Under the pieces are notes generated by a model. It saw only the letters and a list, made by a program, of their open reading frames with translations. It searched no databases and had not been told where the DNA came from. From the human T2T-CHM13v2.0 reference genome, Homo sapiens, in NCBI RefSeq assembly GCF_009914755.1, contig NC_060934.1: DNA of 64,000 nucleotides; one strand, 5' to 3'. Shown here in pieces: positions 31,801 to 46,761 of the stretch. Each line of letters opens with the position of its first letter. The stretch's first letter is position 1. Both the position numbers and the translations under genes were made by a program.

Positions 31801-34503
31801 GACCTGATGGAGCTGAAAAACACGGCAAAAGAACTTCGTGAAGCATACACAAGTACCAATAGCTGAATCGATCAGGCGGAAGAAAGGTTATCAGATATTG
31901 AAGGTCATCTTAGTGAAATAAAGCATGAAGACAAGATTAGAGAAAAAAGAATGAAAAGGAACGAATGAAGCCTCCAAGAAATATGGGACTATGTGAAAAG
32001 ACCAAACCTACTTTTGATTGGTGTACCTGAAAGTGACAGGGAGAATGGAACCAACTTGGAAAACACTCTGCAGGATATTATCCAGCAGAACTTCCCCAAC
32101 CTAGCAAGACAGGCCAACATTCAAATTCAGGAAATACAGAGAACACCACAAAGATACTCCTCGAGAAGAACAACCCCAAGACACATAATCATCAGATTCA
32201 GCAAGATTGAAATGGAGGAAAAAATCTTAAGGCAGCCAGAGAGAAATGTTGGGTTACCCACAAAGGGAAGCCCATCAGACTAACAGTGGATCTCTCTGCA
32301 AAAACTCTACAAGCCAAAAGAGAGTGGGGGCCAATATTCAACATTCTTAAAGAAAAGAATTTTCAACCCAGAGTTTCATATCCAGCCAAACTAAGCTTCA
32401 TAAGCGAAGGAGAAATAAAATCCTTTACAGACAATCAAATGCTGTGAGATTTTGTCACCACTAGGACTGCCTTATGAGAGCTCCTGAAGGAAGCACTAAA
32501 TTTGGAAAGGAAAAACCGGGACCAGCCACTGCAAAAACATACCAAATTGTAAAGACCATCAACACTATGAAGAAACTATATCAACTAATGGGCAAAATAA
32601 CCAGCTAGCATCAAAATCACAGGATCAAATTCACACATAATAATATTAACCTTAAATGTAAATGGGCTAAATGCCCCAATTAAAAGACATAGATTGGCAA
32701 ATTGGATAAAGATCAAGACCCATCGGTGTGCTGTATTCAGGAGACCCATCTTACGTGCAAAGACAGACATAGGCTCAAAATAAAGGAATAGAGGAATCTT
32801 TACCAAGCAAATGGAAAGCAAAAAAAGCAGGGGTTGCAATCCTAGTCTCTGATAAAACAGACTTTAAACCAACAAAGATCAAAAAAGACAAAAAAGGGCA
32901 TTGCATAATGGTAAAGGGATCAATGCAACAAGAAGAGCTAACTGACCTAAATATATATGCACCCAGTACAGGAGCACCCAGATTCATAAAACAATTCTTG
33001 GAGACCTACAAAGAGACTTATACTCCAACATAATAATACTGGGAGACTTTAACACCCACTGTCAGTATTAGATCAACGAGACAGAAAATTAACAAGGATA
33101 TTCGGGACTTGAACTCAGCTCTGGAACAAGCGAACCTAATAGACATCTACATAACTCTCCACCCCAGATCAACAGAATATACATTCTTCTCAGCACCACA
33201 TCACACTTATTCTAAAATTGACCACAGAATTGGAAGTAAAACACTCCCTAGCAAATGCAAAAGAACAGAAATGATAACAAACAGTCTCTCGGACCACAGT
33301 GCAATCAAATTGGAACTCAGGATTAAGAAACTCTCTCAAAACCACACAACTAAATGGAAACTGAACAACCTGCTCCTGAATGACTACTGGGTAAATAACG
33401 AAATTAAGGCAGAAATAAATAAGTTCTTTGAAATCGATGAGAACAATGACACAGCGTACCAGAATCTATGGGAAATAGCTAAAGCAGTGTTTAGAGGGAA
33501 ATTTATAGCACTAAATGCCCACAAGAAAAGATCTAAAATCGACACCCTAACATCACAATTATAAGAACTAGATAAGCAAGAGCAAATAAACTCAAAAGCT
33601 AGCAGAAGACAAGAAATAACTAAGATCAGAGCAGAACTGAAGGTGATAGAGACAGGAAAAACTCTTCAAAAAATCAATGAATCCAGGAGCTGGTTTTTTG
33701 AAAACATTAACAAAATAAATAGACTGCTAGCAAGACTAATAAAAAAGAAAAGAGAGAAGAATCAAATAGACACAATAAAAAATGATACAGGGGAGATCAC
33801 CACTGATCCCACAGAAATACAAACTACCATCAGAGAATGCTATAAAAACCTTTACACAAATAAACTAGAAAATCGAGAAGAAATGGATAAATTCCTGGAC
33901 ACATACACCCTCCCAAGTCTAAACCAGGAAGAAATCAAATCACTGAATAGACCAATAACAAGTTCTGAAATTGAGGCAGTAATTAATAGCCCACCAACCA
34001 AAAAAAGCCCAGGATCAGATGGACTCACAGCAGAATTCTACCAGAGGTACAAAGAGGAGCTGGGACCATTCCTTCTGAAACCATTCCAAGCAACAGAAAA
34101 AGAGGGACTCCTCCCTTACTCATTTTATGAGACCAGCATCATCCCCATACCAAAACCTGGCAGAGACACAACAAAAAAAAGAAAATGTCAAGCCAATGTC
34201 CCTGATGAACATCGATGCGAAAATCCTCAATAAAATACTGGCAAACCGAATCCAGCAGCACATCAAAAAGCTTACCCAACACGATCAAGTCAGCTTCATC
34301 CCTGGGATGCAAGGCTGGTTCAACATATGCAAATCAATAAACGTAATCCATCACATAAACAGAACCAGTGACAAAAACCACATGATTATCTCAATAGATG
34401 CAGAAAAGGCCTTCCATAAAATTCAACACTCATTCATGCTAAAAACTCTCAATAAACTAATTATTGATGGAATGTATCTCAAAATAATAAGAACTGTTTA
34501 TGA

Positions 34504-34812
<309 letters not shown>

Positions 34813-35543
34813 TAAGCATTCCTATACACCAATAATAGACAAAGAGAGAGCCAAATCATGAGTGAACTCTCATTCACAATTGCTACAAAGAGAATAAAAT
34901 ACCTAGGAATAGGGCCATCTGAGGCCTCCAGTGCGGTACCTCCTATTAGATACAGCTGAGGCCCCACCAATACATGCAAGAAACCCTTCTCCTCTGAAAA
35001 GCTGGTGTCACAGGCTGCCTGTCATTTCCATGAGTTCTATGGTCACACCAAGACAAGGGTGTCCACCAACCAGGGAGACCACTGTCCCAACCAGAAAGAC
35101 TTCCTGTATCTCCTCTTCCTCCCCTCTGGGGTTCCCTTTAGACCTTCTCAAGATAATACAATCTATGTTTTCTCCAAATAAGGACTACCTGTTGCCAAAA
35201 AGGGTATATGCAGACAACAATCTGAGGTTTGGAGTTTTAAAAAACTCTTCTGACCACTATGTTGACTACTCCCCAAACTGTTCCCTCATACAGAATGACC
35301 CACACCTTAGTTTAGCTCCTATCAGCTCTGTAAGCATAAATGACTTAGAAATTAACAATAGCTTTCCACGTGATAGGGCTCCTGCAATGTGGTGCACATT
35401 CCTAAAGCCTTCCAGACTTTCTGTAAGAAGTGTGGCAAGCACCAACCCCACAAAGTGGCACAGGACAAGAAAGGCAAGGATGCTGTGTATGCGCGGGGAA
35501 CATGGCGTCATGGCAGGAAGCAGAGCGGGAATCTTGGGCTGAG

Positions 35544-35690
35544 TACTCAGGAGGCTGAGGCATGAGAATTGCTTAAGCCCAGCAGGTGGAGGTTACAGTG
35601 AGCTGAGATCACGCCACTGCACTCCAACCTGGGCGACAGAGCGAGACTCCATCTCAATAAATAAAAAATATAAATAAATAAATATAAAAA
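35544..35690 (+). mobile_element. Alu right-arm fragment
   Basis: tactcaggaggctgagg...gagactccatctc followed by an A-rich tail. Confidence 0.88.
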
Positions 35691-36070
35691 GTCCATCACT
35701 GCCTCTGAGATTTGACTTGCCACTTTTATCATATACTAAATTCCCATTTGTACTTAGGTCTATTCTGTACTTTCTATCCTATTCCATTGGTCTGTCTGCC
35801 TGTTCACATGGCCAATGCCACACTGTTCTAAATACAGAGGCTTTATGGTTTGTTTTAATAGCCCATAGGGCTAGCCCATTTTGTGCCAGTTTTTCCCTGG
35901 CTATTCCGACATGTTTATTTTCCATAGAAGCTTTAGTATCAACTTACCAACTCCATGAAACAAAGCTTGTTGGCATTTTTATGGGAATGGCATTCAATTT
36001 ATAAATCAACTTGGAGGGAATGGGCATCTTGATGATGAGCTGTGATAGCCAAAAACAAGGGATGTCTTCC
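35691..36070 (-). mobile_element. Old L1M ORF2 fragment
   Basis: ctattccattggtctgtctg...tggcatttttatgggaatggcattcaatttataaatcaacttgg resembles reverse L1 ORF2 (compare 2870-3130). Confidence 0.7.
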
Positions 36071-38770
36071 CACTCAAAACACAAAAGGGATGCTTCTTTG
36101 TTGCTATTATACATGGGTTTTTCTTAAGTCCTTTAACATAAATATTGTTTGTGTTTATCAAGGCCATTGATTTCTGTAAGTAAGCCAATTTTCCAATAAA
36201 AAGGCTAAAACTACAAAGGAGATGGTGCTGAGGCTTGAGCGCTGAGCCCAGCTGCAGATCTAAGACGATGCTGGATATGAGGACATGCAAGCATTTTGAA
36301 CTAGGAGGAGATAAGAAGAGAAAGGGCCAAGTGATTCAGTTCTAAATTTCATCTTTTGTTTTATTATGAAGACAATAAAATCTCGAGGTTATTTTCAGTT
36401 CAAAAAAAAGAAATGTATGATAAATTTTACACTGTAAATAAATCCTTTTTTGTGGGTGAAAAAAAATACCTAGGAATACAACTTACAAGGGATGTGAAGG
36501 ACCTCTTCAAGGAGAACTACAAACCACTGCTCAAGGAAATAAGAGAGGACACAAACAAATGGAAAAATATTCCATGCCCATGGATAGGAAGAAACAATAT
36601 CATGAAAATGGCCATACTGCCCAAAGTAATTTATAGATTAAATGCTATCCCTATCAAGCTACCACTGGCATTCTTCACAGAATTACAAAAAACTACTTTA
36701 AATTTCATATGGAACCAAAAAAGAGCCTGTATAGCCAAGACAATCTTAAGCAAAAAGAACAAGGCTGGAGGCATCACACTACCTGACTTCAAACTATACT
36801 ACAAGGCTACAGTAACTAAAACAGCATGGTACTGGTACCAAAACAGATATATAGACCAATGGAACAGAACAGAGGCCTCAGAAATAATGCCACACATCTA
36901 CAACCATCTGATCTTTGACAAACCTGACAAAAACAAGCAATGGGGAAAGGATTCCCTATTTAATAAGTGGTGTTGGGAAAACTGGCTAGCTATATGCAGA
37001 AAACTGAAACTGGACCTCTTCCTTACACCTTATACAAAAATTAACTCAAGATGGATTAAAGACTTAAATGTAAGACCTAAAACCATAAAAACCCTGGAAG
37101 AAAACGTAGGCAATACCATTCAGGACATAGGAATGGGCTAAGATTTCATGACTAAAACACCAAAAGCAATGGCAACAAAAGCCAGAATTGACAAATGGGA
37201 TTGAATTAAACTAAAAAGCTCTGCACAGCAAAAGAAACTATCATCAGAGTGAACAGGCAACCTACAGAATGGGAAAAATTTTTGCAATCTATCAATCTGA
37301 CAAAGGGCTGATATCCAGAATCTACAAGGGACTTAAACAAATTTATAAGAAAAAACAACTCCATCAAAAAGTGGGCAAAAGATATGAAAAGACACTTCTC
37401 AAAAGAAGACATTTATGCGACCAACAAACGTATGAAAAAAAGCTCATCATCACTGGTCATTAGAGACATGCAAATCAAAACCACAATGAGACACCATCTC
37501 ACACCAGTTAGAATGGCAATCACTAAAAAGTCAGGAAACAACAGATGCTGGAGAGGATGTGGAGAAATAGGAATGCTTTTACACTGTTGGTGGGAGTGTA
37601 AATTAGTTCTACCATTGTGGAAGACAGTGTGGCGGTTCCTCAAGGATCTAGAACCACGAATACCATTTTACCTGCCAATCCCATTATTGGGTATATACCC
37701 AAAGGATTATAAATCATTCTACTATAAAGACACATGCACACGTATATGTTTATTGCAGCACTATTCACAATAGCAAAGACTTGGAACCAACCAAAACACC
37801 CATCAATGATAGACTGGATAAAGAAAAGGTGGCATTTATACACCATGGAATACTATGCAGCCATAAAAACGAATGAGTTCATGTCCTTTGCAGGGACATG
37901 GATGAAGCTGGAAACCATCATTCTCAGCAAACTAATACAGGAACAAAAAACCAAACACCGCATGTTCTCATTCATAAGCGGGAGTTGAACAATGAGAACA
38001 CATGGACACAGGGAGGGGAACATCACACATCGGGGCCTGTCAGGGGGTGCGGGACTAGGGGAGGAATAGCATTAGGAGAAATACCTAATGTAGATGACGG
38101 GTTGATGGGTGGAGCAAGCCACCATGGCATGTGTATACCTATGTAACAAACCTGCACGTTCTGCACATGTATCCCAGAACTTAGAGTATAATTTAAAAAA
38201 AAATTCAACAGGCAGAAATAACTTCAGCAACAAGGATCTTAAAGGGCAATCTCTAAACCTATAGAAAAAATGTTAAGAGAAATAGGCTCAAAAGTGATCT
38301 TCAAAGAAAATAACAAAATTTACAAATCAAGGGCTAAAATCGATTTCAGAAACTTCTGGTCTCCTGTTTTTAGTGACAGATAAGAAAAGTGAGAGTCATT
38401 GAAATCATGTGACCTTTTCAAAGCAACACAGAACGTAGTGCTCTCTCACTGCAGGCTGTAAGGACAATAGAAGCAGTCATGTCTCCCCCATGGCTGCACT
38501 CTCTCTGGATAGCAGGTAAATGCAGACAAATTTCTTATCCCTCAAGAGACAAGAACAGTCAACTTGTCCTCACTCTGATTTACCTGGGATGCTTGCTTCC
38601 ATTGCACCAATCAGCTAGAATTTGGCAAGCACTGACATCTTTGGCTAGTTTTGCTTTGCATTTTAAAACTGACCAGAAAAAAAGCAATGCTCCGAAATTA
38701 TTTTGGCATAAACATTGTGCAACCCTCTCCCACCAGATAAATCTGACTTACAATAAGTCAAAAGCAATTA

Positions 38771-39031
<261 letters not shown>

Positions 39032-40714
39032 TTAATTATTTTTTCTCCTTTTGATATTTTGCTTAGAATTTTTTTTTTTTTTGCAAAACTTCATCAACAG
39101 TAGGGAGATAACATGCTGTTGAATTGTCAGCCCTCTGATTTCAGTTTTAAATCCATGACACAGAAAACAAGCTGCTTGATGATTACGATTCACATAAACT
39201 GAAAATCAAGCCATGTAATTTTTTAATTAGCTGTACACAGACCTGTTACCTAAATGTAAAAATACGGGTTTCTTTCATATAGTAACATTTAAATACTTTC
39301 CAAAACAAATATTTATGCCTCAAAACTGTGCAGTTACCTTTTTTATTTGGTCTATGTTTAATTGACTTACCTTACCGTATGACATATTTTAAATGCTTTC
39401 AGTCCTAATCTAGCATTAGGAATTAAAATCATTACACCACAGTGCATCCTTTGTTGGGCATGAATAACAGGTAACTTGTTTTCCATGTGCACCCTTCCCA
39501 GCAAGACTAACATTGCAGACTGTGTTATAATTACTTAAAGACACTGTAATCAAAATAGCTTCATGACTAGCTGAAAAATGAATTATCATCAGAGCCATCT
39601 CTCCACCATCTGTCTTCTGTTTATATATCAATCAGTCCAGGAGCATAACCTCGCAGTAAGGTCCATTGGGTACTCACAGCGGAGAAGAAGGCCAAACAAA
39701 ACTTAATAACCTTTACAAACATGGCTTTGTTTCGGAAAGGTATATTAAACTCAAAGCAGATGAAAAAAGATAAAGGGCATCAAAATTCCTTTGATTTTTA
39801 ATCTCAAGTTGAATTAAACACATGTAGTATTGAGCCACAGATAGAATAAATACTAGCTTAAAATGCCATTCAAATTCTTCCTTGAAAATTGACGTAAAAA
39901 CATCTAGATGTCTTGATTATCTTAGATGAGTTTACCAGGGGGGAAAAATGTATTATTCCAAAGTTTTCAAGTAGGAGATCAGTTTTGCATAACTTTATAA
40001 AATTGGTGACGCTGAAAAAGAGCATTGAAAAAAACTGGTGATGTAAATAGCCGATAGTAAGATAAAAACTGTCTTAAAAAGGACTTCTAATAAGAAAAAA
40101 TACACGTAAAAATTATTTTAAAGCAAAGCTTAAGTAAGTAGGTTTTCAAACCTAAAACTTTCATACCATGCTGAGAGAAAACAGTTTTATTTCTCAATTA
40201 ATGGAAACTCTAAAGAAACATACTAGCACTTCACAATGAAGGATTTGCTTTTCAAATTTAAATTGAAAAGTCATACTGCCTTCCATATGCTACTTAAAAT
40301 ATAACTAATGCCAATCTCTGAGCCTCTATTTTTTTCACATAAAATTTCACAATGAACAACAGTGAATAATGGCCTGCCCTATCTTCTTGAAAATTTCGCA
40401 GCAAATTTGGCATTAGTGATATTTAACTGTATATTGCTGGACAGAAATAACTTGTCATTGCAGTGGAAGTCATTTGGATGGCACAAATTTGCAATTTAAA
40501 AAAAGGAACATTCAATCCTGGACAAAATTTCACAATTAACTTTAAAACAAGTTATAGACAAAATTTCACAATTAACTATAAAAATTCACTATAATTGTAA
40601 AATTAGATCTATCATTTACCATTTTCACCCCAAACCTTAGGCAATTCATCAGCTACTTAGCTATAATGAGTGAGGATTTTGATCTCATTACTGGTGTCTT
40701 AAAAGAAGACTCAG

Positions 40715-41033
<319 letters not shown>

Positions 41034-41653
41034 CTACGGAATGATAACTTCCTATGACAAGAACATGATTGAAAAACATTTGCAACCATAGGAACTAACA
41101 AAGTCAGGAGTAGTAAGTTAGAATTTAACTTTATCCTTTCCATCTCCCTCATCCTCTGCATGAAGTCATTTATTGCTAAATTTTACTTCACAATGACTCA
41201 AGTATCTGCCCATTTCCCTGTTTTCTATTTTAGCACCCAAATCCCAGTCTTTACCATTTCATATCAGGATCGTTGTGTGAGGGAATAACTTGGTTTTCTG
41301 TCCTCAGTTTTTCTCAATTTCAATCCATCTTATAAATCCCAGCAAAATTAATTTTCCTAAAGACACTTTTAGAATTTCTGCAATAGCTCCTTGAGATCAG
41401 GATGCCAGGGATATTCATTCTGTTCATGACACTAGCTAGCACATTTGATCAGCGCTTGTTAAACGATTCTCAACCCAAAGATCACTCCTAGGGAAAAAAG
41501 TCTCCAATGGCTTCCCGTTGCCTTCATGGTATTAAACCTGCAATTCCAGAGCTCGGTATTTAAATTTTTTAGGGGGCTGGAATTTCTCATAATACTCCTT
41601 GGCTATCTACTAAACACTAAGTACTAGGCATACAGAAATAACAGATACACTTG

Positions 41654-42629
<976 letters not shown>

Positions 42630-44309
42630 TATTTTAATGGACCATTGGGAAACTACAGTCTTGTGAGGGTGATAAACAGACCATTATAATCTGTAATAAA
42701 TGCTGCAATAGATGTGAGCGTGGAGTTTCACATGAACACAGACAGAAGACACCAGTTTACTCACAGGCCACAGAGCTTCTCCCCGTTATGCACTTTCAAC
42801 TATTGCTGTTTCCCAGCCATCTCCGTATTTTACATAGTAATCCATCACTTAAGGTCTACAACAAAACCTCTTTCGCAAATTCTCTGGCATCTTCCTCCTT
42901 TAAGCTTCTTTTTAATTTTGCACTCCCTTTTCCTGCCCCTCATACCACATTACTTTGCCTTGTAGTCTTGTGTTGTGTGCTTCTTATCTCCCCAATTACC
43001 ATGTAATCTCCATGACAGCAGGAATTCTGTATTTCCCACCACACTCCCAGCAGGCTACCACACCAGTGAATACTGATGAAATGGATCTGAAACAAGACAG
43101 CCTTTGCTTACTCTTTTTCATTGCATCAAAAATCTCTCCCAACACAAGTACACTCCTCCTTAAACCTCATACTTGCAAAATACACGTTCAAATTCTAAAT
43201 CGGAGCAGTAAAGTTTTCATTTGAAGTTGTCTCTAAGTGGAAAGTGTATTTTCTCAGAATTTCTTGACAACTTCATTGCTTTCTGCATACACACTGATGG
43301 GCTTATAGGTGGTGTTAATTTATACCACTCTCCATTTTCAACAGGTCTACCCCTTATATAGTTCTTTAATTTGATTAGCATCTTGCTCTGAATTCATTTC
43401 CAGCAGTATGGTAGCTCTTCTCATTTTGCATAGCAATAGAATCCTAAATTAATTTCTTGACATTATAAAAACAAAACTGAATTACATGCTTTCAAGATCT
43501 TCAGTTTTATCTCAGAAATCAAACTGCCTGGCTGGCAAAATAACAGCTCTAGAAAGATGAATACATGTACGTGCTTTTGGTTATTTAAAAAAAAATAAAC
43601 AAACCAAAAAGATGCAGCTGTTTGCTACGTTTCTCAGGCTCTTGTTATGTTAACATTTTCCAGGACTGCTATGAAGTTTTGCTGGCTCGCCTGCCCATTG
43701 AGGCCATATATATGAACAAATGTGAACAGTTTGTGCCCATACTGTGGGCACAGGCAAGGTTGTAGGGTTTCTTTCTGGCAATATCAACATATCTATTTTG
43801 AAATCATAATTTTGCATGTTTTCTAAAAACTTCACAGTATTTGGTGAAAATTACACTGATAAATACCATTGTATGACAGTGGCTCAAACTAAGTGTGGTT
43901 TGCTTAAAAGAACATGACGTTCTTAAACCACAACATTAAAGGATGCGACTGTCATCTACAAGTTTTGAAACCAAGTTGGCAATTCAGTAAAATGGGAAAC
44001 ATAAATGTATGTCAGAATTAAAATGATCATCCCTGGGAAAAACAGATTAGAAGAGAATTTTACCTTTAAAAAAATCCTTAAGGTTTTTACGTTTCTACCT
44101 CTATGTGTTATTCCAAAGAGGCTATGGGACAACAAATTTGGAGAAAAGATGTGAATGTGGCAGTCTTGGGATAAGTATGTCAGAAATTCTTTAGCCTTTG
44201 GAAAGCAGGAGGATAGCCTATGCTTTCATAGTTGGTATAAACAATATGATTAGAAAGACTCTAGAAATCTTTTTTGTCAGAAAAATTATCATATAGTAAA
44301 TATGTTTCT

Positions 44310-45346
44310 CCTTTTTTCAACTTTTTAGTTTTGGGGGTACATGTGCAGGTTTGTTAAATAGGTAAATTACGTGTCGCGGGGGTTTGGTGTACAGATTATT
44401 TTGTTACCCAGATAATAAGCATGGTACCTGATAGGTAGTTTTTCGATCCTCACCCTCCTCCCACCCTCCATCTTCAAGTAGGCCCTGGAGTCTATTGTTT
44501 CCCTCTTTGTGTCCATGTGTACTCAGTGTTTGCTTCCCACTGATAAGTGAGAACATGCGGTATTTGGTTTTCTATCCCTGCATTAATTTGCTTAGGATAA
44601 TGTTCTCCAGCTCTATGCATGTTGTTGCAAAAACAATTACAACAGAATAAAAATGGACAAATTAGACTTAATTGAACTGAAGAGAGCTTCTGCACAGCAA
44701 AAGAAACTATCCACACAGTAAACAGATAAACCCACAGAATGGGAGAAAATATATGCAAACTATGCATCTGACAAAAGTCTAATATCCACAATCTATAAGA
44801 AACTTAAATTAACAAGCAAAAGCTGAATAACCCCATTGAAAAGTGGTCAAAGCACATGAACAGATACTTCTCAAAAGAAGACATACACGTGGCCAGCAAG
44901 CATATTAAAAAATGTTCAACATCACTGATCATTAGAGAACTGCAAATCAAAACCACAAGAAGATACTATCTCACATGAGTCGGAATGGCTATTATGAAAA
45001 AGTCAAAAAATAACAGATGCTGGCAAGGTTGTGGAGAAAAGGGAAAGCTTGTACACTGCTGGTAGGAATGCAAATTAGTTCAGCCACTGTGAAAAGCAGT
45101 TCGGAGATTTCTCAAAGAACTTAAAACAACTAACATTTAACCCAGCAATCCCATTATTAGGTATAAACCCAAAGGAATATAAATCATTCTACCATAAACA
45201 TACATGCAGGTATATGTTTACTGCAGCAAAATTCACAGTAGCAAAGACATAAAATCAACCTAAATGCCCATCAATGGTAGACTGGATAAAGAAAATGTAC
45301 ATACAAACCATGGAGTACTACACAGCCATAAAAAAGAATGAGATCA
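44310..45346 (-). mobile_element. 5'-inverted L1PA15/16-like insertion: 3' end on minus 44310-44630, inverted part on plus 44631-45346
   Basis: Reverse 3'UTR (gggggtacatgtgcaggtttgtt) joined to forward ORF2-end sequence ending aagaatgagatca. Confidence 0.8.
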
Positions 45347-46407
45347 AACAATAAATATTAAGTGAGAGCCAATTATATCCCATGCATTGAAACACATCGA
45401 GAGGCACAAAATATCTAGTTGTCCAACTTTCAGCAATGCTGAGTTTGGTCCTTTAATTACGCTGGTGACCACCAGACCTTTCCATTTTAAAGATGCCATT
45501 TTTTCTTTTCATTGTATAACAATCTGTGGGGTCATATTATGTCTCCCTGAGAAAGTTCTGTTCCAACAATCATTCCCTATTTTAAGTTTTAGCATTCATT
45601 AATTATCCTTGCCTAAAATAATTATTTTATTGGGAATTGTAAAATAGTGATTTTTCTAATTCTGTTCATTTTCTCAATTTGTTACTTGACATTATTCTAT
45701 GAAAAAGAGCTTTTCTTTCATTAACTAGAGCTCAATTACAGTTTCTCCATAAAGGCAGAATATATGTTTAATCTGTTCCCTTTAATGACCAATTTGTGGT
45801 TATCTCCTCTGTAGGCAAAGGAGAAATATAGCATTTCCATTATTTATAAATATGTATGTATGTGTGTGTATATATATATGTGTGTGTATATAAATATGCA
45901 TGTATACACATACTTTATATATGTATATAAAATGGAAATGCTATATTTGAAAACTACAGTATTAGAAATGAAGAATTCATTAGATGGGCTTAACAGCAAA
46001 CTAGACACAGAAGAGAAAGGGATCTGTAAATTCAAGGCAGTAAAATATATCCAAACAGAAAAACAAAGAGAAAAGCCTGACCTTTTCTCTTTGAAGAAGA
46101 AGTGACAGAGTTCAATGTCTGTGAAATATTATTAAATGAAACAACATATGCATGATTGGAATACCAAGAAGAAGACAGAGAGAGAATGGGACCAAAGAAT
46201 ATTTGTGAAGGCGATAATCACAATCTTCCCCCAAATTGATGGCAGACATTAATCCATAGGTCCAAGAAGCTCAGCGAACCCTAAATAAAAGTAAAAGCCA
46301 CAATATAAATGAAAGTAAAAACCACACCTACACACATCATAATCAAATGGCTGAAACCCAAAGGTAAAAAGCCAATCTTAAAAGCAACCAAAGAAAAAAA
46401 ATGCATA

Positions 46408-46761
46408 CGTCTTAGTCCCTTCAGGCTGCAATAACAGAATGCCATATGCTGGGTGGCTTGTAAACAACACACATTTATTTCTCACAGTTCTGGAGGCTGG
46501 GAAGTCAAAGATAAAGGCAGGCAGATTCAGTGTCTAGTGAGAGCCTGTTTACTGGTTCTCAGACAGCCATATTTTCACCTTAACTTCACATGGTAGAAGG
46601 GGCAAAGGAGCTCTCCGGGGACTCTTTTAAAAGGGCATTAATTTCATTTATGAGGCCTCTACCCTCACGTCCTAATCACTTCCCAAAAGTCTCAGCTCTA
46701 AATTTTCTCACAATGGGGATTAAGTTTCAACATCTAAATGTGAGGGAACAGTATATATAGC
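46408..46761. mobile_element. MLT1-type MaLR solo LTR
   Basis: gtcttagtcc...catttatttctcacagttctggaggctgggaagtc...ggggattaagtttcaaca. Confidence 0.8.

Larger units (their letters stand above)
35362..36409 (+). pseudogene. RPL36A: RPL36A (eL42) processed pseudogene in two pieces, 35362-35545 and 36179-36409
   Basis: Reads (V)[30 protein letters not shown]...RKQSG / KPIF...[13 protein letters not shown]...CRSK...[19 protein letters not shown] (stop 36343-36345); ctttcc 5' end, ATG lost, frameshifts, AATAAA at 36374-36379, A tail at 36402-36409. Symbol denotes the parent gene. Confidence 0.92.
34912..36462 (+). other. Composite retrocopy or transduction inserted into L1 ORF2
   Basis: Perfect 16-bp TSD aaaatacctaggaata at 34896-34911 and 36463-36478; AATAAA at 36437-36442, 16 nt before a short A tail. 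Confidence 0.88.

Noticed and set aside
35543-36180. The patch in the RPL36A pseudogene begins GT and ends AG, like a gained intron
   Set aside because: Removing GT..AG gives ctga|taag, 1 nt short of the parental frame; no polypyrimidine tract; explained by the agta junction repeat.
36356-37141. 261-aa ORF with a novel N-terminus
   Set aside because: Non-ATG start in the retrocopy tail running into L1 ORF2; an incidental fusion.
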